64,000 nt of DNA. Origin: an uncultured Legionellales bacterium. GTDB lineage: Bacteria; Pseudomonadota; Gammaproteobacteria; UBA1113. Shown here in pieces: positions 52,924 to 62,315 of the stretch; position 1 is the first letter of the stretch, and the number at the start of each line of letters is the position of its first letter. The notes below the pieces were generated by a model, which was not told the DNA's origin, did not search any database, and saw nothing but the letters and a program-made list of their open reading frames with translations. Made by a program: the position numbers and the translations under genes. The stretch is taken from contig CAMFJL010000012.1 in the NCBI GenBank assembly GCA_945957175.1, positions 33 to 64,032 of the forward strand, written 5' to 3'.

Positions 52924-55008
52924 TTACTGACGAGACGCTAGCCTCATCGGCTTTTTTGCAAATATCAACGATGAAAGCAGCATGCATAACAGGGCTGCGG
53001 GATATTGATAGCGATAAGCCGGAAATGGAATGACGGCAGCTAGAACAAGCGTTAAGGCTATCGGTATTGTGAGCACGAGCACAACGCCCCAGTCTTTACG
53101 TAAGGTTAAATAAAATAACATGCAGAATAAACCCAGATAAAGCGGTAACGCTGGCTTCCAAAATAGCCAAAAATAGCCGTGACTTTGACTTATCACAAAG
53201 GGATGGCGTACTAATTTTTGTATGCTGGAAGGTAATAATGTGTGATTAGGCCCGACCATTTGCGGAAATGTGATGGCAAATGGATCGCCCGCAGACAAAT
53301 CGTAGCCTAACGTTGCTGTGGCTTCAAAAGGTACTTCGCCGTAACCGATATACCATAGCAGTCTCGTCATACACAGTTGTCTATTAACTAAAATAGACGG
53401 ATGTGCTTTTACAATTCTAAAATCCGCAGCAGCTAAATCATTGAGATGTTGTTCAAGAAATATGTCATATGCCGCCGGACTTAAGAGCATGTGTTGTGAC
53501 ACACTTGTTGTTGTTGCATCGGTCATTGAACAATCATAAACGGACCAAGCCTTGGATGGTGCTATCTGATAAAAAAGCGCAGTATCCTTATCTTGAAGTG
53601 GTATGCCGCTATGCACTGCCGCGGCAAAGAGATGATAGGCATTCATACGGATGAAAGGCGCTGCGTTACTTGTGTGAGCCACAGTTGTAGGATTCATTTT
53701 AGTCGCTTCACGTAATTGCTTGCCTTCATAGGAGGCATCAAACATAAGTTGGGGTAGTATCATCGCAAGTAACATAAATGCGATCAGCGCGCCTACCGCA
53801 GTCCATCGATATTTTTTCGTCCATAAAAATCCTGAAAAAACCAACATAACTAGACATATTGCAGGAAACATATTAAAACGCATGATGCTTGCAAACACTG
53901 CAGCAAAAACAGCAAGCATAAGCATAACATAATTCATTCTATGCGTTTGATCTGCAAGCTTTCGGGTTATATAAAAAAAAGTGCCTGCTAAAAAGAGGAT
54001 CCCCACTGCACTTAATGCGTCTTTACTCAACGCAATAAAAAAAGTGGGATATTGCGGTGTCATAGCTAATAGTAGTGCAATACACAAAGCGACCCAGCGC
54101 GATACCCCCCGATAACATAGCTCTATCAATACAAATGCCACGCCTAATGCGGCTAATAAACTCGTAAAAAGGATGGGCCATGCAGGACTGTGGGATAGAT
54201 AAGTAAATAACCGAAAAAATAGCGTGGCACTGATAACTAGCTGTGGCGATAAATGACCTCGCCCAACCGCCTCGCTCCACTGCATAGCCGCATCATGGGC
54301 GATAGCGCCTGGCCAAAAAGCCAGCAACATCACTAAAGTCGATAAAAAAAGTATAAGTGCAAAACCCAACAGTAATGACCATGAAGAAGTCATAGGCTTT
54401 GATATTTGCTTATTAAAATAAAGCTGTAATTGTGCAATGAGGATCATGCTTATTAAAATAAGGAGATAACCGCCGCCCCATACCCACGGTCTTACTTTAT
54501 ATATTTCTTGGCTCGAAATAAGCACATCTGAAATGGACGTACCTATCGTTATTCGCGGGATAGCTTCTTGCGGCCCATGAAGCGAGATACGCTTTATTTG
54601 ATGATTGCTAAGATCCGTTAAAGCAATCATAGCTTTTGCCTGTTGGAAGGTTAGCACCATATTGTCATTAGGAAAGGCTTTAAAATGAATGCTGAGTGGT
54701 GGCGCGTTGGAGGCTACTTGTAATTTGATGGAGTGTTTTCTTTGTTTAAGGACAGACCATCCACTGCTTGGCAACAAAAGCGTCTTTGTGGCAATGTAGG
54801 TATCGGCTCGTCTACCATAAATAATCATTGTAAAAGCGCTATGATTACCCACAGCAGGCCCTATCGTCGCATCATAGTTCATCAAGGGTATTTGGGCTCG
54901 AAGTCCCGATGCGATAATGAAAAGCACTGTAAATAGCGCAATAAGCCCCCATTGCAAGGGCGTTGGTTTAGTCCAGTAAGTCACGCTTCGTTTCAACCAT
55001 CCTGACAT
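52924..55008 (-). CDS. large polytopic membrane protein (694 aa), putative GT-C-type periplasmic glycosyltransferase of a polyprenyl-phosphate-sugar pathway (DUF2142-like architecture)
   Basis: About 14 TM helices with two soluble loops. Last gene of an operon: SMR-like flippase subunit, GT2 polyprenyl-P sugar synthase, small 4-TM protein, then this gene. Confidence 0.5.
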   Translation of the reverse strand: MSGWLKRSVTYWTKPTPLQWGLIALFTVLFIIASGLRAQIPLMNYDATIGPAVGNHSAFTMIIYGRRADTYIATKTLLLPSSGWSVLKQRKHSIKLQVASNAPPLSIHFKAFPNDNMVLTFQQAKAMIALTDLSNHQIKRISLHGPQEAIPRITIGTSISDVLISSQEIYKVRPWVWGGGYLLILISMILIAQLQLYFNKQISKPMTSSWSLLLGFALILFLSTLVMLLAFWPGAIAHDAAMQWSEAVGRGHLSPQLVISATLFFRLFTYLSHSPAWPILFTSLLAALGVAFVLIELCYRGVSRWVALCIALLLAMTPQYPTFFIALSKDALSAVGILFLAGTFFYITRKLADQTHRMNYVMLMLAVFAAVFASIMRFNMFPAICLVMLVFSGFLWTKKYRWTAVGALIAFMLLAMILPQLMFDASYEGKQLREATKMNPTTVAHTSNAAPFIRMNAYHLFAAAVHSGIPLQDKDTALFYQIAPSKAWSVYDCSMTDATTTSVSQHMLLSPAAYDIFLEQHLNDLAAADFRIVKAHPSILVNRQLCMTRLLWYIGYGEVPFEATATLGYDLSAGDPFAITFPQMVGPNHTLLPSSIQKLVRHPFVISQSHGYFWLFWKPALPLYLGLFCMLFYLTLRKDWGVVLVLTIPIALTLVLAAVIPFPAYRYQYPAALLCMLLSSLIFAKKPMRLASRQ

Positions 55009-55022
55009 CTGACCTCCTTATT

Positions 55023-55361
55023 TTAGTGAAGATGGTCGTTGTCCTCTAGAACGCGAGCATCTCGTATCGCCATATGACGGACTATTTTAGTTATTTGCTG
55101 ATGCTGAGAACTGATATGCTTTGCACAAATAAGGATACCATTCATTAAAGCAATCGACAGTAGAACCAAAACAAAATCAATACCGCGATTAACGCCCCAA
55201 AAATTGGCAATCACCGTCGTTGCATTAGGATTCCATACAAAGAAAATAGCTGCTGCATAGATAACAAGTGAGAGATATCGAATAAGATTTCTTCGAATAA
55301 AAACAAAGCTATAAACCGCCATAAAAACGAAAACCAAGGTAAGAAATACGGCTAAGACCAT
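55023..55361 (-). CDS. small 3-4-TM membrane protein (GtrA/DUF2304-like)
   Basis: 112 aa and hydrophobic. Overlaps the upstream GT2 gene by 10 nt. Confidence 0.45.
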   Translation of the reverse strand: MVLAVFLTLVFVFMAVYSFVFIRRNLIRYLSLVIYAAAIFFVWNPNATTVIANFWGVNRGIDFVLVLLSIALMNGILICAKHISSQHQQITKIVRHMAIRDARVLEDNDHLH

Positions 55362-56032
55362 TTTGAAACATACCCCATTAGTAATTCCATCAAAACTCTA
55401 AGCCCATTTGAGCTTTTTTGCCCCTTTAATAAAGAATATTCTGTGTATGTGATTGTCACTGGAAATTCAATATATTTAGCCTTCTCTCGGCCAATATAAT
55501 TTAAAATTTCAGACGCATGTGCCATACGATTTTGGCGAAATTGAAATGATTCACAAAACTGGCGTGTCATCACACGAAAGCCATTATGCGCATCCGTTAG
55601 TTTGATGCCCGTCGTGATTTGTGTAAAAAGAACCGCTAATTTCAATACGATGCGTCGCTGTAACGGCATACCTTGCGTTTTCCCCATGAAACGGTTGCCT
55701 AGCGCTATATCTGCCTGACTTTCTTTTAAGGCCAATAGCATAGGTAATATTTCAGTCGCATCATGTTGTCCATCGGCGTCAAATGTTACGATATATTGAG
55801 CACCTTGGGTCAAGGCATACTCGATGCCCGTTTGCAATGCGGATCCTTGACCTAAATTAATCACGTGTTGTAACACGTAAGCTCCTGCATGATAAGCATT
55901 TTCTGCGGTAGCATCAGCAGAGTAATCATCAACAACAATAATATGTTTGACGTACTCACGTAGGTTTGCAATCGTTTGTGCAATCACAGAGGCTTCATTA
56001 TAAGCTGCAATCACCACAAACACTTTATCCAT
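55352..56032 (-). CDS. family-2 glycosyltransferase, soluble polyprenyl-phosphate sugar synthase type (DPM1/GtrB/ArnC-like catalytic domain)
   Basis: VFVVIAAYNEASVI, VVDDYSADAT, TFDADGQH (DxD/DAD) motifs. The ATG at 56032 (MDKVF) avoids overlap with the upstream gene. Confidence 0.8.
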   Translation of the reverse strand: MDKVFVVIAAYNEASVIAQTIANLREYVKHIIVVDDYSADATAENAYHAGAYVLQHVINLGQGSALQTGIEYALTQGAQYIVTFDADGQHDATEILPMLLALKESQADIALGNRFMGKTQGMPLQRRIVLKLAVLFTQITTGIKLTDAHNGFRVMTRQFCESFQFRQNRMAHASEILNYIGREKAKYIEFPVTITYTEYSLLKGQKSSNGLRVLMELLMGYVSKWS

Positions 56033-56051
56033 GTCTTGATTTGGTAGCAAT

Positions 56052-56459
56052 TTATAGCCCCCCACTGGTATCTGTACTTAAAACAATAAGACCTAGACCT
56101 ATCAAGGCAAGACCTGCAACCATGGTGCGAGACATTTGTTCATTAAAAAATATTGCGCTACCTGTCGTTGCAACAATAAAACTTAAAATGGTAAAAGGAT
56201 AAGCCCGTGATAAGGGAAGGAATGTCAGTAACCATACCCAGAAAATAAGTAACAAGCCATAAAACGTAGCAGCTAATAAGAAGGTCCAATCGGTAAATAG
56301 CGTCACAAGGCGAACAACGAAGCCTGCACCCGCATCATTTTGTTGTAGTGCTGAGAATTTTAGTAAGAGTTGTCCAAGTCCCATGCCGACAGAAAACAAA
56401 ACCAGCATCAGTATATGAGAAATACGCATCGATTTTAATACCACGTTAACAACAGACAA
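56052..56459 (-). CDS. 4-TM EamA/SMR-like small transporter (ArnE/ArnF-like flippase subunit)
   Basis: 135 aa, four hydrophobic helices. First gene of the module. An alternative start is the ATG at 56429. Confidence 0.45.
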   Translation of the reverse strand: MSVVNVVLKSMRISHILMLVLFSVGMGLGQLLLKFSALQQNDAGAGFVVRLVTLFTDWTFLLAATFYGLLLIFWVWLLTFLPLSRAYPFTILSFIVATTGSAIFFNEQMSRTMVAGLALIGLGLIVLSTDTSGGL

Positions 56460-56699
56460 ACTGCGAAGAGTGCTAAAGCTTTGATAAATCCTAAGAGATC
56501 TAGCCAGACCGATGGTCGAAAAAGCCTATCTCAACGCACGATACTGGAGAGAAATTTTACAGTAATAGATGCCAGCTGTCAATCTTCATCCCTCATGGGG
56601 TCGCCAAGACCGTATCATATTGCTGTCAATAATCTGATACTGTTATAATCGATGAGACACATTGCGCTGAAATGCCCTACGCACAAAACCTTACTACGT

Positions 56700-57350
56700 A
56701 AGCAGGAAATACGTGCCTTCTGGCTATTAGATAATAGAGGAAAGGAAACTCACTGTGACTTTAAGCCATCATACGGACAGAAATAATTTATACATTCTAT
56801 CATCTTTGGTACTTATATGCATTAGTAGGGTTATATTTACTTATTCCCATTTTAGCCAGATGGTATAGCCTCACCACCAAGTGAGAGCATCTTTTATATT
56901 GCCTTATGTTTTTTTAATCCTTTTCAACCAAGCCAGCTGGGGGGCGCTGTATTAGGGCTCTATTACCTCAAATTCTTTGTGTCATATGGTGGTTATTTTA
57001 TCTTAGGTACTTTTTGTGTTGACACTAATTTTATTAAAAAATACTCAAGGCTTATTGATATTGCCTTATACTTATTTGCAAGCATTGCTATATTTATAGC
57101 AACAAGAAAATTAACTAACGTAAATGGCATACCCAATGAAACTTATTATCTTTACTTAAGCACTCTTGTGATATTTCAGTCATTCTTTATTTTTAATTTT
57201 TTTATGAAATTAAATTTCAACAATAAAATACTAGATATCATATTTATCAACCCTTTGGGCATATACTGTATACACTGGATGATCCTTATCTCCATTTATT
57301 CTTCCATACGAAATAAAATTCATAATTATTTATTGTTTGTAATGATTTAA
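56700..57350 (+). pseudogene. degraded acyltransferase-3 (OafA/OatA-like) remnant, frameshifted/truncated
   Basis: Very AT-rich. One frame at ~56830-56900 reads ALVGLYLLIPILARWYS (membrane acyltransferase-like) and is then interrupted by stops. The 123-aa ORF 56979..57350 is a hydrophobic C-terminal fragment. Confidence 0.3.
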
Positions 57351-57568
57351 ATCATAGCAACACTTATGATATCAACATTAATCATCACTTTATTAAGAAA
57401 GATGAAGGTGTTTAACTACGTGATTTAAAATAAAATCATTGAAAAACAGTGCTAACCCAGGCGCTATCCATAGATTAATCTTGAGCATAAACCAGCTTTA
57501 GCGTCTTGACTATCGGCATCTGAGTATGGGATAATGACTCCCAATATTAATCGCTTCCATGGATAAAG

Positions 57569-58561
57569 ATGTCGCTCTCTCCCAAAGTTTCCATCGTCAT
57601 CCCAGTCTACAATGGCGCTAATTTCTTAGCCGAAGCTATCGATAGCGCCATACAGCAGTCATATGACAACATCGAAATTGTCGTTGTTAACGATGGGTCC
57701 AACGACCATGGTGCAACCGAGCAGATAGCCCTCAGCTATGGCGAAAAAATCCGTTATTTCTCAAAACCCAACGGTGGTGTTGGGTCTGCTTTGAATTTTG
57801 CCATTGAACATATTACCGGTGACTATTTTTCTTGGCTAAGCCACGATGATCTTTACTATCCCGATAAAGTTAAGAATCAAATCGCTTTTCTTAAACAATT
57901 AGCACGAGACGATGTGATTGTTTACAGTGACTTTTCAGCATTTACTCACCATCCCAAACGTGCTACACCATATAGATTACCAGGAAGACCGCCCCAACAT
58001 TTTCGGTATTGGTTAACCCTGGAAAATGCCGTTCATGGATGCACCTTACTCATTCCCCGCGAAGCATTGCTTAAGTATCAATTCAACGAAACTCTACGGA
58101 CAACGCAGGACTATGATTTATGGTTTCGAATGGCCAAAACGTATCAATTTATTCATTTAGCAGAGGTCTTAGTCAATTCCCGGCGACATGAAGAGCAAGG
58201 CACGGCAAAAATGAGTGATTTATGCCAACGCGAAATTGACGTTTTATTAACGAATTTTGTCACTGAGCTCACACAAGAAGAGGTATTTGCTGCAACTCAA
58301 AAGTCACGTGCATTAGCTTATCTTCATATCAGTGCTATGTTAAAAATGAGAAGCGCCCTTGCAGCCTCTGCTGCTGCTGAAAAAATTGCAAACAAATATA
58401 AACGTGTTGAATCTGCTTACATCTCTATGATTTTCTTTATAAAACAGTATTTCTATGCTGGGCCTAAGCGAGTCCTCCTTTTTGGTTTACGAGCAGCACG
58501 CTATTTAAAACGGCATACTGGCAAATATATTTGGCGCATTCAAATGAGACTCTCTAAATAG
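57569..58561 (+). CDS. family-2 glycosyltransferase
   Basis: VSIVIPVYNGANFL, VVVNDGSND and SWLSHDDLYYPDKV motifs. Paralogous to the N-terminal domain of the GT2 starting at 62316. Confidence 0.8.
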   Translation: MSLSPKVSIVIPVYNGANFLAEAIDSAIQQSYDNIEIVVVNDGSNDHGATEQIALSYGEKIRYFSKPNGGVGSALNFAIEHITGDYFSWLSHDDLYYPDKVKNQIAFLKQLARDDVIVYSDFSAFTHHPKRATPYRLPGRPPQHFRYWLTLENAVHGCTLLIPREALLKYQFNETLRTTQDYDLWFRMAKTYQFIHLAEVLVNSRRHEEQGTAKMSDLCQREIDVLLTNFVTELTQEEVFAATQKSRALAYLHISAMLKMRSALAASAAAEKIANKYKRVESAYISMIFFIKQYFYAGPKRVLLFGLRAARYLKRHTGKYIWRIQMRLSK

Positions 58562-58563
58562 CT

Positions 58564-59634
58564 TTACCTATCTGGTTGACCATCATTTATTATCGTTGTA
58601 AAAAAAGCTTCTGGTGAATACATTTTTTGAAGTGGCTCTGGCTGGCCTAAAAACCGCTTAATAGCGCGCGCAAGTGATGTGGGAGAGCAAGGATCAAAGG
58701 TCTCTACGGGCACTATCACGTCACGGACATAATCAAGCTCAGATGCGATAATCGGTAGACCATGAGTGCTCGCATCGATTAGTGGCAAACCAAATGCTTC
58801 TACTTTTGAAGGAAACACCATCGCTCTGGCACTTTGATATAATTGAACCACTTCATCACTGCATAAGTGACCAAGATTTTTAATGTTTAAACCATGGCTT
58901 TGTTGATACATCTCTATTTTATCATAAAGTTCGGGATACTTCTGTAGATCAATTGTCAGCGCTAATGACGGATTTAAACCTGCTTTTGCCAATAAGAACC
59001 AAGCATCCAACAATGTCTCGTGGTTTTTATGGGTCTCGCCGCTAGCAACATAGATAAAATCGAACGTTTCTTTCGGCGCATGATGCTCAGAGTGCGCATT
59101 TGCAGGTGACAATAAAGGTATAAAGGGAAAAATCTGCACTCTTGCCTTTGCACCAAGATACTGTTGAACGAGTGCCGCCATAGCAGGTGTTGGCACGATA
59201 TAACGCGTATGTTCGCGATGTGCGAACCTTAACCACAAGCGCTGAATGCTCAGCTGTACCTTACCCACAAAAGATACGTCTAACTGGGCTTTTTTGTCCC
59301 AGACAAGTCGATTTTGTATAAGCACGATAGCTTGTGCCTTTGCTGAAAAGAGTGGCGGTAGTCCATGAAAACACAAGATACGATCGGTTTTACTTGCCTT
59401 ACGCCACAATCGATATTCGGCAAATAGTCTCGAAAAAATCGTTCTTTTCACATAATTTCGGCTTACATCCAGCGATAAAGGAATATTCGCCTTAGCGCGT
59501 TCATCTAACTGCGCCCAGCTTATCGATATATGCGGTATATTGAGAAACTGTAATAGCAGAAACAATCCGCCACCGCTATTAATATTAGGCGCGTGAAGAA
59601 TTAACGAGCGATTCGACGAAAAAGCATTGTCCAT
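58564..59634 (-). CDS. GT4-family (GT-B) glycosyltransferase
   Basis: C-terminal EAFGLPLIDASTHGLPIIASELDYVRD matches the GT4 E-x7-E region. Confidence 0.7.
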   Translation of the reverse strand: MDNAFSSNRSLILHAPNINSGGGLFLLLQFLNIPHISISWAQLDERAKANIPLSLDVSRNYVKRTIFSRLFAEYRLWRKASKTDRILCFHGLPPLFSAKAQAIVLIQNRLVWDKKAQLDVSFVGKVQLSIQRLWLRFAHREHTRYIVPTPAMAALVQQYLGAKARVQIFPFIPLLSPANAHSEHHAPKETFDFIYVASGETHKNHETLLDAWFLLAKAGLNPSLALTIDLQKYPELYDKIEMYQQSHGLNIKNLGHLCSDEVVQLYQSARAMVFPSKVEAFGLPLIDASTHGLPIIASELDYVRDVIVPVETFDPCSPTSLARAIKRFLGQPEPLQKMYSPEAFFTTIINDGQPDR

Positions 59635-59637
59635 GCG

Positions 59638-60855
59638 CTAAGACTCTTGAACAGGTGGTGTATTCAATTGTAAAAAATCAAAGAACGTTTGTTGCATTCG
59701 CTCTAGGGTAAAATCACGCAAAAAGCACTGGCGTCCATTGAATGCAAACTTTGCATAGCTTGCATTATCTGTTATCACTGTTGTTAAACAGCTCAAAATG
59801 GTCTCACTATCCATAGCACTGCAAACATAACCCGCTTCATGCTCAATAAGGTATTGCGTTGGTGAAGCATAGTTAGGCGCATGACAAAAGACTGGCCGCC
59901 CAGTAGAAAAATAAGAAACTAATTTTGATGGAAAGCTCAAACTGGATTCCAAACGAAAGGCATCCGAGAACCAGTAAGGCATATAGAGTAAGTCGGCTTG
60001 TGCAAGCAGCTCAAGCGCCTCTTCTTGGGAAACCCAGCCAGTATATTCAACTCTTGGCCAAGCAGGCAGACCGGACGTATTGCCGATAAATTGCAGATGT
60101 ACTTGACGTCCGGCCACTTGCCATTTTACCGTTGAGAGCGCTTTCATAAAGCTTTCCCACTCTTCTCTGGCATAAATTTGCCCGGCAATCGCAATAATAA
60201 ATTTTTCTCGCTGATGTGGTTTCGTCGCTGCTGGTTTAAGAAACGCTTGAGGTAAGCCTGCAATAACCGGTATATTACGTACACCATATTTTTTTGAATA
60301 CGCTAAAGACATCGCCCATGAAGCCGTAGCACATGCTTGGCTACGCTGCATCACATTATCAAATGAGGCTAACAAACGTTTTTGTGTGAATTTATCGATG
60401 CGATTATCACGCAGCCACCACTCAAAAGGATCCCATACTTGCGTCAATACCGGTATTTTTAATGCCTTAGTCACGCCTTGCGCTATACGAACAATCGTTT
60501 GTCCTTCAAGCACTACCCATACAGCTTCAATCTTATGCGCTTTGATATACGCTATCACTTTAGGAAGTAATATCCACCTGACTTTCAGTGCACTTAAATA
60601 TTCGAAAAATAATGCTGAAACGCCAGCTATGAGTCGAAACCTTGGCAAAATGCGGCGAGAGAATTCAATTGGCTTAGGAAGTGATAAGTGTGGAATAGCT
60701 TGTAAATCTGGCGCTATTTCTGGCTTTAGATGCGGATTGACAACAGAACAAATAGCGACATCTTCTTTAGGTAAAAATCGAATAAGCCTATCTAAGACAA
60801 AACCGCCCGTGTAATTTTGGCATGGAGGAATATCGGCTAATAACAAGACTTTCAT
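59638..60855 (-). CDS. putative GT-B-fold glycosyltransferase
   Basis: 405 aa. Placed between GT4 genes with 4-nt overlaps, Rossmann-like halves. The family cannot be assigned from sequence alone. Confidence 0.5.
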   Translation of the reverse strand: MKVLLLADIPPCQNYTGGFVLDRLIRFLPKEDVAICSVVNPHLKPEIAPDLQAIPHLSLPKPIEFSRRILPRFRLIAGVSALFFEYLSALKVRWILLPKVIAYIKAHKIEAVWVVLEGQTIVRIAQGVTKALKIPVLTQVWDPFEWWLRDNRIDKFTQKRLLASFDNVMQRSQACATASWAMSLAYSKKYGVRNIPVIAGLPQAFLKPAATKPHQREKFIIAIAGQIYAREEWESFMKALSTVKWQVAGRQVHLQFIGNTSGLPAWPRVEYTGWVSQEEALELLAQADLLYMPYWFSDAFRLESSLSFPSKLVSYFSTGRPVFCHAPNYASPTQYLIEHEAGYVCSAMDSETILSCLTTVITDNASYAKFAFNGRQCFLRDFTLERMQQTFFDFLQLNTPPVQES

Positions 60856-62093
60856 TTTTTTCCAACTATATTGCGATAAATATCAACCATGCGTTTCACG
60901 TGCATGTCTTGGCCATAATGCGCTTCAGCCAATTTTCGCCCCTGATGACCGCGCATCTCACGCTCTTGTGGATTATCCATAAGCCGCTGAATTGCTGCAG
61001 CCAAAGCCGTGGCATCACCCTTAGGCACAGCAATACCCGCCTCGGGTGCGAAGGTAATATCGGGCAGCGCCGTGCCCTCAAACACGATAATCGGTTTCGC
61101 GCACGCCATCGCTTCCACGGCCATCATACCAAAAGCTTCCGCCATCGATGGCATAAGAAAGATATCTGTGGCATTAAAAGCATCACGCACAAGCGACTCA
61201 TCATTCGACCAGCCGATTTCAACAACTTGGAACTTTTCTTGCACTTGTGTTAATAAGCCCTCATAGCCCAGCGTTAACAAACACACCGGTCTTGTCGTAT
61301 GAATCTGCTTAAGCGCCTCAAGAATAAAAGAAAAACCTTTAAACTTACCAGGATCCGTGCGAAAAGCGATAACCAAAGCATCTTCTGCGATCTGAAACCG
61401 TTTCCTTGCCTCTGATGAGATACCTGGTGCAAAAAAGTCTAGATCAAGCCCAAATGGCACTTCATGGATACGCACACCTTCAAACAAAGGAGAGGCTTTA
61501 GCCATATTATGCATCCACTTTGAGGCGACAATCAGCTCAAATTGGGCTTTTTGATAAGCCTTACGCTTATAGTTAAACAAAAAACGAGTGTTGTCTCTGA
61601 ATAGTGGGAACGGTGTATTCAAATCGGGGCAGTGACCACAGCCTATGCGCCAGCGATCACAATCAAATGGGTGGATACAATGCCCAGTCATTGCCCAAGG
61701 ATCATGCAAAGTCCATACAGTAGGTTTGGCATCTGTCAATTTTGGTAGGTGTCGCAAACTAAAGTAGCCTGAGTGAATGATATGCAAATGCACCAAATCA
61801 GCTGCTTGGAAAGCTGGCATGTTCATGATACTAAGTGCATGTGGGTATAACACGGATTGAAGCGACATTGCACGCTCAACACGGTTTAGCACTCGATTAA
61901 CTCTGCGAGTATGCCTGCCTTCAAAAGTAAGTACGTCTGGGTTGTGTGTATCTTTTTCCCAAACCAGATGTGATGAATCAATACCATAGGCTTTCAATTG
62001 TGGCGCAATAGACAAACCATGAAAACGTCTACCAGGTGACTCATAGCCGTTGATTTGCAAAACCTTCATTAAATCTGCCTTTATATAGTTCAC
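60852..62093 (-). CDS. GT4-family (GT-B) glycosyltransferase
   Basis: MPSMAEAFGMMAVEAMACAKPIIV, N-terminal GT4-like domain. Confidence 0.8.
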   Translation of the reverse strand: MNYIKADLMKVLQINGYESPGRRFHGLSIAPQLKAYGIDSSHLVWEKDTHNPDVLTFEGRHTRRVNRVLNRVERAMSLQSVLYPHALSIMNMPAFQAADLVHLHIIHSGYFSLRHLPKLTDAKPTVWTLHDPWAMTGHCIHPFDCDRWRIGCGHCPDLNTPFPLFRDNTRFLFNYKRKAYQKAQFELIVASKWMHNMAKASPLFEGVRIHEVPFGLDLDFFAPGISSEARKRFQIAEDALVIAFRTDPGKFKGFSFILEALKQIHTTRPVCLLTLGYEGLLTQVQEKFQVVEIGWSNDESLVRDAFNATDIFLMPSMAEAFGMMAVEAMACAKPIIVFEGTALPDITFAPEAGIAVPKGDATALAAAIQRLMDNPQEREMRGHQGRKLAEAHYGQDMHVKRMVDIYRNIVGKK

Positions 62094-62315
62094 ACCGGCT
62101 CTATGCTTTTTAGTACATGTTTCAATTCAGGAAATCGCATATTCCGAGTATTTAACGCTGACATATAATCAACTATTGTCTACCGCGTAGATGCCTGTTA
62201 TTGTGCGGAAAAAATACTAGAAAGTCAATCTCCACAGCATAAAAACCTTCGTTTAAGTCAAGATATATGATAAAATAAAACGTCTAAAATTTAAGGTTAT
62301 ATCGGATCAAAAATT

